From a virus (Duplodnaviria > Caudoviricetes): a stretch of DNA of 64,000 bases. The DNA lies in the IMG/VR virus record IMGVR_UViG_3300048670_000735, positions 11,154-75,153 of that record; one strand, 5' to 3'. The notes beneath the pieces are model-generated. The model did no database searches and was not told where the DNA came from. It saw only the letters and a program-made list of their open reading frames with translations. The position numbers and the translations under genes were made by a program. This document shows, one piece after another, positions 47,601-57,332 of this stretch (position 1 is its first letter; every line of letters starts with the position of its first letter).

Positions 47601-49159
47601 ACCCAGAACTTAAAAAGATTATTAATCCACTAGACACAATTGTAAGTCTATGGGGAAAGATGAATCTTGCAGCAAAAGGCTTTACAGGTAATTTAGAAGC
47701 TCTAGGTCCAAAAGCCGTTGAAACATTATCTAAGATTGCTGATGCTGTTTCTGAAGCAACAGCTTCCGCCAACAAGACTGGGTTATTAAAAGATCAATAT
47801 GCAATGCTTGATAAATTAACTGCACAGCAAAAGGCCTTAATGAAGGCTGCAAAAGGACAAAGCGTAGCCCAACAAATAAGTACTAAGGACCAGCTTAAAG
47901 CTCTTCAAAAACAAATTGATGCAAATAATAAACTTGCAGATGCAAGATTAAAAGCTCTTGATGCTGCAAAGCAAGAGGGAGATATTGCAAGAGAAATTGC
48001 TAAAAAGCAAGCAGAATATGATTCTGCTTTAGCAACAGGTAATGCAGCTGCAGCACAACAAGCAAGCCTAGATATTCAAGGACTGCAATCAGATCAGCAA
48101 TATCTTTCACAGAAAAAAGCAATTGAAGATGCGCTTAAATTACAAAATGCACCACTTGAAGCAAAAATAAAAGCAATTAACGAAGGTCAAGAAAAACTTT
48201 CTGACAGAGCAGCCCTAGCAGCCGAAAGTTTAGGAAAGATTAATGACAAGATAGCAACACAAAAACAAAAAATTGATGACGTTAATTCAGCAATGACAAC
48301 ATTTAGAATAAATGCAATCGCAGCTGGCAAAACTCTTGAAGAGTATGCTTTGACCAAAGAAGGAAAACAAGATGCTGCAGCAGTTGTAGGTACTTCAAAA
48401 ACAGCGGGAATAAAAGTTCCTGCCAGCAGCGGAGGTCAGTATGTAGGAAGTACGTTTGTTCCAAATACAAAGAATGTTGGGTCACAAGCACTAGACCTGA
48501 TTACTAAAACTGAAGATGCAGTAACTTCAGCTCTTACTTCAAAAGGCATTCAAATGGGCAGCGGAGACATCTACATTGTTGGAAAAGACGGAAAGAAAAC
48601 AAAAGTTGATGCAACTTCATATCAAGATGGTAAAAAATCTAATGCAGGTATAAACAGATCTACGGTAAATGGTAAAGAAAAGTTGTCTGTTCAAGCTTTG
48701 CAATTAGTTGCAGAAAAAATACCTACAAAGCAGGGAACAGAATTTTTTATTAAAGATACAAAGTACAAGATTACTGGGCCAGCTAACACCAATGGTATGC
48801 TACCAATTGAAAAAGCTGGATACGGAACAATGAATCTAAATCCAAGAATTCCTACAATTGTTGGAGACAGAGGCCCAGAGCTAGCATTTGGCGGAATGAT
48901 TATCCCTAATATGGCTAAGGTGCCATTCTCTTCTGCAAGATATGATGTCAATAAAGCAAATCTTAGATTTGAGCCAATGCGTGATAATTCATGTGGAAGC
49001 GTAATTAACCTTACTCAAAATATTTATCCTTCAGACGGAATGAATACAGATGCATTTGTAAGACAGGTCGTTCAGCAAACAAAACAAGCTATTGGACAAG
49101 ATACAAAGTTAAATGCTAAAATGGTAGGAAATTCAATGAATGTGAGTATTAAATCATGA
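41666..49159 (+). CDS. Tape measure protein with inserted cargo domains including an ADP-ribosyltransferase
   Basis: TP901-type core (GRQLTVGLTVPL..LAATG..AIPKAGPV..EQLFGK), Ala-rich helical composition, ENGGPV..YLVGEKGPEIFVP motif; ART motifs at 45911-46290. Confidence 0.9.
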   Translation: MADNLITTNITANADFTSLRAQLAAVTAQLIKLQETTAGTNAKLANQIAVMNKSFATTLGSTGQFSQHFVSLTSDVEKFGKNLDRGRLKLSEYYNTWNGHTKKSSNLIRDLAKQQVMLEQAIIQPLGKNAQGLMQYNVMVAKGLDEIKNKTALARQQASIMNKVMQDGAGQLINWGKNTQWAGRQLTVGLTVPLIAFGAAAQKAFKEADAELVRLTKVYGGLAATSSEDLAQVRKDVKATAKEIASSYGVAYKETIALAADLAATGQQGNELIASTQQTTRLAVLGEVDRQDAMKATLAIQNAFKQNTNELTQSIDFLNAVENQTSTSLQDLTEAIPKAGPVVKSLGGDVKDLALYLTAMKEGGVNASEGANAIKSAMASLINPTKVAKEMFNGFGIDIDKIVTSNAGNLTATIVDLQSALDSLDPLSKSRAIEQLFGKFQYARMSALFENLGKSGSQTLQVMDLMKASTQDLAAISERELKMMTESASGQFKRAWASVQADLAAVGEQFLRISTKVLIVVDKIIQFFQNLPGPVKTFLNALGGITAIAGPIIMLTGVLGNFLGYIIKGIFHLKQLGKGGQSFKFLTPEIMAADAAAKGLATSFYSDTEATIVLSNAVNTLSESFANLEMKANAAKVAVQPAVATVGGSAVAPGVLGQRVVDKNNPLIGSPYSRDMSHLIPSQMPQMGTIFGTVPGAGPVNVRVGKNPQAYMDQDLPKIPGVTSVNNTSTGIVAAEAAKWHAMTAAIAMQSEAEIKVLKKEVMATGTITSSLSDSYQALLPEFSEITSMAAQETALIVKQLQQSKITADEARAKVIQLNATVEAMLAETAQKIAAGQGRTVALTTVPLTSQPVVDPITGKSNMKEMFHKGTTKEIADRIARALGGVRTSGAGYNIQTTKPQQLNAGGRVYDPSRDGNIVPGDTSINYDNTPAVLQEGGYVLNQGASKNNPDLVSLAKNSRNSGGKIVPAVVTPGETYFPPEVAETMMPTLEKANRGSKISLRNVGGYIGGLVKRSKKNYGISFEDSEQMRRYTEYHTSSNFDQYAKAASIANDAEALVALGLSPEEAVKEADRWFEKRYNKALENNNGVFKQSEFDKVTQESYSDLQKDLKKRYGITKPISKEWRTLSKSGSQQMKAQRWRYTSGKVDYTVRNKIFDLLGEPGKRLKKEAAFANQERAHYTSGSTQAKSGFNYLGQAVIQPWEINQLAHELSRYGVIQNSFSLSSAENKQQFDRIAKNLGYLDHDDMLESLKGKKSSPAKPPRVFKVENGMTAPLRKMVSSSPAQFKNYMRLPAVARMLTLAGARLNAGGAVGGSVRKGKYNYGKLPAWIIRNEKIKNLANTDPAHGVLQIGKYHPALHVRNQYVAPSIRYKSNYEPFTWDKGPNAGQTFYSPRRTGGAPAFETGTIETRAKTALYNYMQGDYQAINDPAVQAYLSTIRTKFTGTLHRGVRNISSLPPVISNLIKEGRWDDLVGKEFIMRRSSWSTNKDTAEGFGQIQLIANVKNRNAVPASEIFPNLTFQSPQGPVPVNESEVYMGGKFRVIGADKNRLKLQAIYDAARENGGPVNAGRPYLVGEKGPEIFVPKNAGGVIPGYNMGGMVKSMMMSSLGYMGGSALGGMTGLPGGAMIGGMLGSMFGMGGGSSMGRAPRPQAEGPLRENGMFAKNLSAEHFTKPIGPAGKLADKLNLLGSSGGRFSSVLTKIGPLLARLPMAFNPVGVAIAAVTAATVLGVKRWKDHNEHLRIGMLQYSLTAEAAKKAGVKFTDYNTKLADTVTNIQAIRERNQLLYESMESAGMPIEMTIEQYKKLRKEVKSSYADQIKLINQTKGPGDTRKLAEDLKIQLMAAGMSAEDATKKIWAMFKLSEKAKDAATFTLGNSGFNNIKDGQSVAVSAISRYSAAAKEGGREGAGAVQTGLTSIDAGIQDMIARSKKAAKADKSGNTKVLTEYQAQEAMLNKLNSLESSKARLTKATRDEMIKQNPELKKIINPLDTIVSLWGKMNLAAKGFTGNLEALGPKAVETLSKIADAVSEATASANKTGLLKDQYAMLDKLTAQQKALMKAAKGQSVAQQISTKDQLKALQKQIDANNKLADARLKALDAAKQEGDIAREIAKKQAEYDSALATGNAAAAQQASLDIQGLQSDQQYLSQKKAIEDALKLQNAPLEAKIKAINEGQEKLSDRAALAAESLGKINDKIATQKQKIDDVNSAMTTFRINAIAAGKTLEEYALTKEGKQDAAAVVGTSKTAGIKVPASSGGQYVGSTFVPNTKNVGSQALDLITKTEDAVTSALTSKGIQMGSGDIYIVGKDGKKTKVDATSYQDGKKSNAGINRSTVNGKEKLSVQALQLVAEKIPTKQGTEFFIKDTKYKITGPANTNGMLPIEKAGYGTMNLNPRIPTIVGDRGPELAFGGMIIPNMAKVPFSSARYDVNKANLRFEPMRDNSCGSVINLTQNIYPSDGMNTDAFVRQVVQQTKQAIGQDTKLNAKMVGNSMNVSIKS

Positions 49160-49602
49160 CGTTAACACTACCAGTAGGTTCGGCTTTATTTATACAAGAT
49201 ACTAATGGAACTTGGCAAAAGTTAACTGAGCATAACAGATCACCCATATCTTTTGATACTCAAAGAATTGAAAGAACATCTAGGATGTCAAACGGAAGTC
49301 TTAGAAAAGTATTTGTAGCAGATAAGAAATCTTTGTCCACTTCATGGACCATGGTACCTTCATATAATTCAATGACTGTAGACGGCGGTTGGGGAGCTGA
49401 AGATTTAAAATCATTTTATTTAAGTGCAAAAGGTCAAGGTACATTTAATGTTAGAATATCCTATAATCTATCTAGAACTGAAGATTTTATTGCTACATTT
49501 ACCTCATGCTCATTTAGTATTATAAAAAGAAATGTTAAGGCTAGCTCATCTGACACGCCACAGCTTTTTTGGGATGTATCTATTTCATTGGAAGAAGTAT
49601 AA
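49156..49602 (+). CDS. Distal tail-like protein
   Basis: Directly after the tape measure; RMSNGSLRK..WDVSISLEEV. Confidence 0.6.
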   Translation: MTLTLPVGSALFIQDTNGTWQKLTEHNRSPISFDTQRIERTSRMSNGSLRKVFVADKKSLSTSWTMVPSYNSMTVDGGWGAEDLKSFYLSAKGQGTFNVRISYNLSRTEDFIATFTSCSFSIIKRNVKASSSDTPQLFWDVSISLEEV

Positions 49603-52600
49603 TGTTAACTGCATCTTCTAACGTATTAAACGCAATAAATAAATCAACAAGCATTTTAATTACAAATGGATGCCTGCTTGAATATAATATGAATGATATT
49701 ATCCAGGGTACCTCTGTAACGGCCCCAGAGGGGGTTTTGACGGCCTCTTTAACAGCTCCTGCAGATCAGGGAGGGTATACCTATAAACCCTTTGAAAAGT
49801 TATTTCCACTAAAAAGCATAATTGATCCAAGAAGACCCAAATCCGCTGGAATTCAGTACATGATTGCTGGAGATCCAAGCGTAGCAACAACATTATCAAG
49901 CGGGGTAGGCTCAAGAGATACATATGCTTCATCTAAAGAATTTTCTAAAAGGCTTTATTTTTCAAGTATAAAAACGGCATATAAATATTGGGTAACCCCA
50001 AAAGCATCAGGAAACTCATTATCAAATTGCATTTTATCATTAACATATCCTGCAGCAAAAAAAGCAGTATCAAATAAAATAACTATTAAGTTTGAAGTAT
50101 CTCATTCAAAGCCAACTTCTTGGAATGTAAAACTAGTTAATTTAACTGGTGCAGAGTCTACTATATATACAGGAACAACTTGCCCAGATTCTGGTATTGT
50201 AAATATTTACTACAATGGATCTGCATGGACAGAAACAGAGCCATCATCACCCGCAGTTGGAGTTGATTTAAGTGGTTTAAAGCTACAAGTAAACTCAATA
50301 AGCACATCTGGCGGATACCTTGGAGTAATAGAGATGTCTGCAAGGTATGTTGTAGATGTTACACAAAGATTAGAATCATTTACTATATCTCAAAGTGCAT
50401 CAGATTCTGTAGATGGAATCGTTCCCGTAGGCTCGGTAACTGCAAACTCAATTTCTCTTAACTTGAATTCATATGATAGAGTTTGTGAAAATTATGATAA
50501 AGCAATGGTTTTTGATAAAAACAAAATCAATTTATACAAAAATGTTATTGTAAAGCCATACGTAACTATTGAGTCAGAAAAAATAAACTTAGGAGTTTAT
50601 TACTTAGACTCATCAGATCTAAGCGAATTTGGAGACGTATCAATTACAGCTCTAGACGGAGCTAAAGAATTGCAGTTTATAAAGCCACCAGATACTGTAA
50701 CAAAAGATATGTCTTCTGTTGCAATAATAAGAAGATTGCTTGACTCAGTTGGATTTACAAACTATAAATTCAATGTTTCTGAAACAGATACAGCAACAAT
50801 AACCCCAGCCTACTGGTATACAGATCCAAATAAAACTGTATGGGAGCATATTCAAGATCTATGCAAAGATACTCAAATGGTTGCTGTGTTTGATCACAAT
50901 GACATTCTACAATTTTATCCAAGAGATTACATATTTGCAAAAAACAAATCTCCACAGATATCATTTAGGTATAATGCAAAATCAGACAAGCTTGCAAACA
51001 TAGCATCTTTGTCAGTAGAAACTGTTCCATCTGCAAAAGCAGTCAAAGTTTTATACAGCCCACAACTTAGCTCGTCTTATGACATTAGCTCAAAAGATAT
51101 TTTATACAGCTCACCAGTTGTTTCACTTGGAGCAGCAGCATTAACAAGAGACCTTTTGCCGAGCTCTCCAGCAGAAGGAACTTTAGGAACCGAAGATTAC
51201 GCACCCCTTGGTGTGGTTTATTTAGAACCAGTTGTAGTAAGTGGACAAGAAAAGCAGTTATATTCTTACGGCGGATACCTTGTTGTTGAAAAAGAAATTA
51301 TTGAGTACGACGCAATACAATATCAGTATCAAGACATAAATGATTCATCTGTTAAATACAAATGGATGAAGTCTGAATCTGATGTTCAAAAAAGTCAAGG
51401 TCTTTCAAAGCCAAATACATTTAAGCCTACAGGTAAATATAGAATAAAAGCTAGAAATGTTTTTAATGTTGTTTCTAGCACAGATACAGCTTCATTAACC
51501 CATACTGTAAATACAGACACGCTAGCAGCAGAATGGGAAGGCAAGAAATGGGACAGCGCAGCTGGAACAATTACATCAGACCAATCTGTTTTTACATTAA
51601 AAGAGGTTGTTGCATCGACTGGAAACAATTTATTTAACCCTATCCCAAAATCTATGATGACTTTATTTGCACCTAATTCAACTACAGTTGTAAATCCAGA
51701 TAAAACTTTGCCCAATTCTTACAAGCCAAATACAGTTTATTCAATGGCAACAACTAATGCAAAATATTTAAGCGGGGAAAGTTTTGTAATAGGAACCAAT
51801 ATGTACTTCCCGCTAGTCAAAGATCCAAAAACTCAGCAGGGAACAGGAGAGCAAAGAGTAACCTCTGGTTTAGCATTCTCTTTAAGCTCAGACAACAGAA
51901 GCGGATATTTACTTACAGTATCAACGTCACAAAATTCTAACGGGGAAAAGAATTACAGAGATGTAAATTTTTATAAAATAGTTGATGGAAAGCCTGTATC
52001 AATGACAAATTCTCAAAAAGATACAGACGGAACAATTATTACAAATATAAATGGCGGTCAACTCTACAGAATAGATATTCGTGCAAACTACTCCAAGCCT
52101 GCTGGGGGAACAACTAAAGTTCTTGCTCTTAAGATTTTAATTAATAACAAAACATTCGTTGTTGTTGATTCTAACCCTTTAAATATAACAGAGAAGATTG
52201 GCCTACTATCTCTTCAAGGTATATCAGCTTTTGATTATGTATACTCATCTTCAATAAGCTCAGCAAACTTTTTAGCCAATAATAGCTTTAATTTATATAA
52301 AGGATTTTTAGGCGGAGAGTCTTCTGTAGTTAAAAATTTCGGAGATTTTATTTTTGATCAAGGCAAAAAAATAGAGAGCCCTTCATGGATAAAAGAATTT
52401 GGGCCAGTAGCTAGAGAACTTAAAAGAATACAGACTAGATATACTACCCCAGGTTTTCCAAAATACTCTCAGCTTGTAAATAATCCAGACGTTACAATAG
52501 TTGGAGAATCAATAGACTCATTCACTATGGATATATTTGCAATGAATAATAGTGGTGCATTTGCCTCCCTAGCAAACGGAGAAGAAAAAACATTTACTGT

Positions 52601-52985
52601 TGTGGGAGACTTTATTGTTCCTTCAGATCCCTTTGAATATATTGATCCAGATTTAACAGACGTAGACAAACAAGAACAAGTAGGCTTCGAGTCTACCTGG
52701 ATACAAAGAGAAACAGAAGCTAGGGATTTAGCAAAATGGATGACCGAGCAATGGTCTAAGCAGCAAAGAGTTGTCTCTCTTGAAACATTTATAAACCCAT
52801 TAATTCAAATAGGAGATATAGTTGAGATTTCTTATCCAGAAAACAAAATATATTCATCTGAAGACACATCAATACCTTCAGGGTATTCAGCAAGTAAGTT
52901 TGTAGTGCTATCTTTAGACACAACTTATGACAATCAATCTTCCCCAACAACAAGAATAACCTGCAGATCGATTTATACTGGATGA
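49602..52985 (+). CDS. Large tail tip/baseplate hub protein
   Basis: LGVYY..ITALDG..TVWEHIQDLC..NPLIQIGDIV hub-like motifs; ATG at 49602 overlaps the previous stop. Confidence 0.7.
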   Translation: MLTASSNVLNAINKSTSILITNGCLLEYNMNDIIQGTSVTAPEGVLTASLTAPADQGGYTYKPFEKLFPLKSIIDPRRPKSAGIQYMIAGDPSVATTLSSGVGSRDTYASSKEFSKRLYFSSIKTAYKYWVTPKASGNSLSNCILSLTYPAAKKAVSNKITIKFEVSHSKPTSWNVKLVNLTGAESTIYTGTTCPDSGIVNIYYNGSAWTETEPSSPAVGVDLSGLKLQVNSISTSGGYLGVIEMSARYVVDVTQRLESFTISQSASDSVDGIVPVGSVTANSISLNLNSYDRVCENYDKAMVFDKNKINLYKNVIVKPYVTIESEKINLGVYYLDSSDLSEFGDVSITALDGAKELQFIKPPDTVTKDMSSVAIIRRLLDSVGFTNYKFNVSETDTATITPAYWYTDPNKTVWEHIQDLCKDTQMVAVFDHNDILQFYPRDYIFAKNKSPQISFRYNAKSDKLANIASLSVETVPSAKAVKVLYSPQLSSSYDISSKDILYSSPVVSLGAAALTRDLLPSSPAEGTLGTEDYAPLGVVYLEPVVVSGQEKQLYSYGGYLVVEKEIIEYDAIQYQYQDINDSSVKYKWMKSESDVQKSQGLSKPNTFKPTGKYRIKARNVFNVVSSTDTASLTHTVNTDTLAAEWEGKKWDSAAGTITSDQSVFTLKEVVASTGNNLFNPIPKSMMTLFAPNSTTVVNPDKTLPNSYKPNTVYSMATTNAKYLSGESFVIGTNMYFPLVKDPKTQQGTGEQRVTSGLAFSLSSDNRSGYLLTVSTSQNSNGEKNYRDVNFYKIVDGKPVSMTNSQKDTDGTIITNINGGQLYRIDIRANYSKPAGGTTKVLALKILINNKTFVVVDSNPLNITEKIGLLSLQGISAFDYVYSSSISSANFLANNSFNLYKGFLGGESSVVKNFGDFIFDQGKKIESPSWIKEFGPVARELKRIQTRYTTPGFPKYSQLVNNPDVTIVGESIDSFTMDIFAMNNSGAFASLANGEEKTFTVVGDFIVPSDPFEYIDPDLTDVDKQEQVGFESTWIQRETEARDLAKWMTEQWSKQQRVVSLETFINPLIQIGDIVEISYPENKIYSSEDTSIPSGYSASKFVVLSLDTTYDNQSSPTTRITCRSIYTG

Positions 52986-53002
52986 AATGGTAGAATGTAA
53001 AT

Positions 53003-53368
53003 ATGAGTAATATTAAGCAGCCAGCGTCAAAAACAGCAAAGCCACAAAAGCTTCTGCTGTTTCCTGGAGACCCATTAATAAAAACATTAAAGCCAGACTA
53101 TTATGTAATTGTTGACCCATCAACATTAGAAGAAATAGGCGTATCTGGAATAGAAAATACAGACGAACAAACAATTGTTGAAGACGATGATTCAGCTGTG
53201 GAAGAAGAATTTTATAGTGGTTTAGAAGCACCAAATTTAGAAGACATAACCTTGATAAGTAAAAAGATGGTTACAGACGACAATAAAAATCAATATGTTG
53301 AATTTGTTTTTAATATTAAAAATCACGTAGGCGATAAAGTGGTAGGGGTAACTGGATATGGACAATAA
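53003..53368 (+). CDS. Hypothetical tail-region protein
   Basis: ORF track; leaderless TGGTAGAAT-6-ATG. Confidence 0.65.
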   Translation: MSNIKQPASKTAKPQKLLLFPGDPLIKTLKPDYYVIVDPSTLEEIGVSGIENTDEQTIVEDDDSAVEEEFYSGLEAPNLEDITLISKKMVTDDNKNQYVEFVFNIKNHVGDKVVGVTGYGQ

Positions 53369-54314
53369 TTTAAATGCAACTGGAGAATATTTTTTCTATG
53401 AAGATGGAAAAGAAATATATCGCAGTAAAAATATTTTAACTAAGTTTGGTAAAAGATACATTACTCAATATCTTGCAGGAAAATCTACTTCTAATTTAAA
53501 AGACATAGCGCTGGGAGTTGGCTCAACAGCAGCAACAATAAATGATACTCAGCTTGAATTTGAGTTTTATAAATCAGTTGTAAACATGAGCAGCGTAGAT
53601 ATACAGACTAGCCAGCTAACTGGAGAAAGCACATACGGAATAGTTTATAAGTCAACAGTTCCAGTAGACGTAGCTGGAGTTATAAGCGAGGTTGGCTTAT
53701 TCCCTTCAGTGACATTTGGTAGTACAGACTATGCAGGAAATTCAATATCAACTTTTGAAAATAATCAAGAATGGTACGATTCAAATAAAGAATTTGCACA
53801 AGCTCTGACATCTCCTGAGCCAAAAATTGGAACCTACTATATTTCAATTGGTGCAGCATCTTCACAATCTAAAAATTATTTTTATAATTTTAACCTAGAC
53901 ATTTCTGGGTATAGTTCAAATGACAGCCTAACATTGGCATACTACCAGTCTGATTTAAATTTAGACTATGTGTTTGTAAGAACATACGATTCAAATGACA
54001 GATATTATGAAATTAGGTATCCCTCAAATAATTCAATAGGATATAAGATAAACTCTTTAACTTTAAATAATTTATATACTAGTGGATACGGAAATGGAAC
54101 ACCCGATAATCAGTCTATTGTTAAAATATCAGTAGGGGTTAAAGCAAAGTCTTCGGGCTCAACAAATGTTTTATTTGATGGCTTAAGAATTAATGATGAA
54201 GATGCGTTTAGATCTGACTACGGACTAATAAGCAGATCAGTTTTATCTACACCGATTGTAAAAACTTTGGGAAAGCAAATGGACATAGAGTATAGGTTAG
54301 GAATAAGCTTCTAA
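53358..54314 (+). CDS. Tail tip/baseplate structural protein
   Basis: NILTKFG..IALGVGST..DTQLEFE..ISEVGLF..SRSVL..IVK pattern. Confidence 0.65.
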   Translation: MDNNLNATGEYFFYEDGKEIYRSKNILTKFGKRYITQYLAGKSTSNLKDIALGVGSTAATINDTQLEFEFYKSVVNMSSVDIQTSQLTGESTYGIVYKSTVPVDVAGVISEVGLFPSVTFGSTDYAGNSISTFENNQEWYDSNKEFAQALTSPEPKIGTYYISIGAASSQSKNYFYNFNLDISGYSSNDSLTLAYYQSDLNLDYVFVRTYDSNDRYYEIRYPSNNSIGYKINSLTLNNLYTSGYGNGTPDNQSIVKISVGVKAKSSGSTNVLFDGLRINDEDAFRSDYGLISRSVLSTPIVKTLGKQMDIEYRLGISF

Positions 54315-56947
54315 TGCCACGCTATGATAGAGATGAAGTTGGCGCAAGTTTTCCTGCTGATTTAGAAAAAACAAATACTGCTTCAGCAGCTACTGCTGCA
54401 AAAACATCTCCAGGTTCATACGAAGTAAAGCTTAAGCTCCCATTAACAAGAGCTGCAAAAGTATTTTCTTTTTGGTTTACTTATTTATACCAAAACCCAG
54501 AAACAAAAATTGTTACAGAAGGCCCAAGATCCCCAACAGTTCAGCATGGGTTTGATGTTCCCAACCTAACTAAACCAGTACTTAATTTAACTTTAACCGC
54601 AGGGTTTAAATCTTACGGTGTTAAATTTGATGTAGACCCAACAAGCGTTCAAGAAGATGTTGTTATATTTGAAAGCTTAACGGGAGCATTCGCAGGAGAA
54701 CAATACATAGTTTACGTAGGAACATCTACCAACATAACTATTAATACATCAGATTTTGCACCTAGATGGGTTAGGGTTAGAGTTAGAGATAAATGGCTAA
54801 CTGCAAATAATTCAGAAGCAACCGCTGGCCCAGTCACTCCAAGAAATGCTGATCCAGACACTTCGACTCCTCCTTCAGCGCCACAATCTGCTTCAGTAAC
54901 TGGATCTATAGATTCAAACGACAAGAGTGGTTTTAGTGCAAAGCTCACAGCTTCATGGACAGCAAACTCAGATAATAACACTTCTGGGTATGTAATAAGA
55001 TGGACAACTCAAAATCCAGCAACAACACCGAATCCTTTATGGGAGTACGGACAAGTTGATGGTAAAGCAACAACAACTTTTGATATAACTGGACTTATCC
55101 CTAACACACTTTACTATTGGCAAGTCACAGCAAAGAGTCCTTACAATGCACTTACTTGGATTGGTGCCCAGTCTGGAACAGTAGGACCAATTATTGACGC
55201 AAATGCTCCAGCAGATGCTTTTGCACAATTAAGATCAATTATTTCAATAGGCGGAAAAACAGCAGACCTGTTTAAAATAGGAACAGGAATATCTCAATCT
55301 ATAAATACATCTACAACAATAACTCCATCACAAACTTCAGGTAACTATAGCGGAATTATTCTTAATAAATCCACAACGAACTTCGGACACAACTACTGGC
55401 TGAATACAGGACAATTTAGAGTAGGCAGTGCAACAAACTTTTTATATTGGGACGGATCAGATTTATATACAACAGGTAAAATAAATGCAACTGGTGGGTC
55501 TTTTAGCGGAGACGTTCAAATATCAACAGGATCTTTGTATGCTGGAGCACAACCAAATACTGGTGCAAGAGTAAGGTTAAATAGCGCAGGCTTATTCGCA
55601 TATGACTCAAGCAACAACCAAACCGTAGCTATCACACAATCAGATGGAAAGATCGATGCTCGTCAAGGATATATAGGCGGATGGACAATTAATGGAACCG
55701 CACAGACCACAGGAACTATTTCTAAAAATGGAACCATACTAGACAGCAACGGTAATATAACTTTAGGAGATACAACAGGAACATTACCGTCAATTGTTAG
55801 ATTAAGCTCAACAGATTCAACATACAGACTATGGGTAGGATCTCAATCCCCATCAACTGCAGCATTTAAAGTAGACTTAAACGGAAAGCTTTACGCAACT
55901 GGCGCAGTAATTGATGGAACCGCATCGATTGCTGGAACAGTAACAATTGGTGGAACTACAGCGTCAACAGTTGTGTCAAATGCATCAACAGCAGTATCTA
56001 CTGCAAACACTGCATCTTCTAATGCAAGCAATGCAGTGGCTAACGCACAAGCAGCTGCAACAGAAGCTAATACTGCTAAAGTAGCTGCTGCGGCAGCAAA
56101 AGCTATTGCAGATGCAGCATTGCCATCAACAAGTTTTAACAGAGACGCTATTGTAAATAGCATTAACAGCGCAACAACTACAACTACAATTAATGGCGGA
56201 AAAATAACCACGGGAACAATATCTTCAAATGCAGTTGTTTCTGATTTTATTTCTGCATTTTCTATCAATGCCGACAAGATTACTACTGGAACTATAACTG
56301 GAGTAACTGGAAACTTTACATCTGGTCGAGTAGGAGGATTTGATTTAGGCACTGGAGATTTAACTGGAAGACTTTCAGTTTTACCAAGAATTATATTCGG
56401 AACTAAAGTTCTTATTGGATGGAACGGCGGAAGCGACTACACAATATCCGCTGGTAACCCATACACTGACGCTGGGCAATCATTTTTTATTAACACACAG
56501 ACAAACGTATTTAGATTTGCAGCAGACTCTGCATCTAGAGCATACGCAGCGGAAATTAGAAATGATGTTAGAGCAAGAGATTTTAGATACATTAGATCTC
56601 TTGTGAATGATAGCTCATCAAGAAGGTTTAAGGAAAATATTACATATGCTCCTAAATCCTACTATGATAAAATTCTTAATATTACCCCAGCATTTTACAC
56701 ATATATTAATAACCACCCAGAAACTGATTCTGCTTTATGGGGAACACATTCATTCGGTCCAATTGCAGAAGATCTAGAAGATGCTGGCTTAGGTTTATTT
56801 GTTCAAAGAAATTTAAATGGAGAGCCTACTGCCCTTCAAAACGAACATAAGCTGGCATTTCTTTTAATACCAATAATTAGAGACCTCAAAGAAACCATAC
56901 AAAATATGGATCAAAGAATACTAGAACTGGAGAATAAAAATGTTTAA
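54314..56947 (+). CDS. Tail fibre/spike with FN3 domain and C-terminal S74 chaperone
   Basis: LTASWTAN..GYVIRW..GLIPNTLYYWQV; ADKITTGTI; SSRRFKENI..FGPIAEDL. Confidence 0.8.
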   Translation: MPRYDRDEVGASFPADLEKTNTASAATAAKTSPGSYEVKLKLPLTRAAKVFSFWFTYLYQNPETKIVTEGPRSPTVQHGFDVPNLTKPVLNLTLTAGFKSYGVKFDVDPTSVQEDVVIFESLTGAFAGEQYIVYVGTSTNITINTSDFAPRWVRVRVRDKWLTANNSEATAGPVTPRNADPDTSTPPSAPQSASVTGSIDSNDKSGFSAKLTASWTANSDNNTSGYVIRWTTQNPATTPNPLWEYGQVDGKATTTFDITGLIPNTLYYWQVTAKSPYNALTWIGAQSGTVGPIIDANAPADAFAQLRSIISIGGKTADLFKIGTGISQSINTSTTITPSQTSGNYSGIILNKSTTNFGHNYWLNTGQFRVGSATNFLYWDGSDLYTTGKINATGGSFSGDVQISTGSLYAGAQPNTGARVRLNSAGLFAYDSSNNQTVAITQSDGKIDARQGYIGGWTINGTAQTTGTISKNGTILDSNGNITLGDTTGTLPSIVRLSSTDSTYRLWVGSQSPSTAAFKVDLNGKLYATGAVIDGTASIAGTVTIGGTTASTVVSNASTAVSTANTASSNASNAVANAQAAATEANTAKVAAAAAKAIADAALPSTSFNRDAIVNSINSATTTTTINGGKITTGTISSNAVVSDFISAFSINADKITTGTITGVTGNFTSGRVGGFDLGTGDLTGRLSVLPRIIFGTKVLIGWNGGSDYTISAGNPYTDAGQSFFINTQTNVFRFAADSASRAYAAEIRNDVRARDFRYIRSLVNDSSSRRFKENITYAPKSYYDKILNITPAFYTYINNHPETDSALWGTHSFGPIAEDLEDAGLGLFVQRNLNGEPTALQNEHKLAFLLIPIIRDLKETIQNMDQRILELENKNV

Positions 56948-57143
56948 GTTTTTTTGCTCAATATGTATAGACGATAAAGAGCTTTATGCAGAATCATTAG
57001 ATAAAGATAACGCATATGCAACTTGCCCAGACTGTGGAGCAGCGCTAAAAGAAGGCTTTTCAAGACACAACGATATTACCGAAGAAGAAATGACTACAGA
57101 GTCATATCTTTCTAAGAATGGGCTAGACACAAATACCCCATAA
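56940..57143 (+). CDS. Small zinc-ribbon protein
   Basis: CSIC...CPDCG. Confidence 0.65.
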   Translation: MFKFFCSICIDDKELYAESLDKDNAYATCPDCGAALKEGFSRHNDITEEEMTTESYLSKNGLDTNTP

Positions 57144-57174
57144 TGGTATACTGTAAATCTATCAAGGAGATATA

Positions 57175-57330
57175 ATGGATAAAGCAGAATTAGTAATACA
57201 AGCACTGCAGCAAAGAATTGGCGAAGTTGTCTCACAGTATGAAACTCATATTGCAGTTCTCCGTGCAGAAATTACACAATTAGTAGAACAAATTAAAAAT
57301 CAGGAAGCTACACCAGAAACACAGGAGTAA
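57175..57330 (+). CDS. 51-aa coiled-coil protein
   Basis: AAGGAG SD; MDKAELVIQALQQRIGEVVSQYETHIAVLRAEITQLVEQIKNQEATPETQE; promoter TAGACA-17-TATACT. Confidence 0.7.
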   Translation: MDKAELVIQALQQRIGEVVSQYETHIAVLRAEITQLVEQIKNQEATPETQE

Positions 57331-57332
57331 AA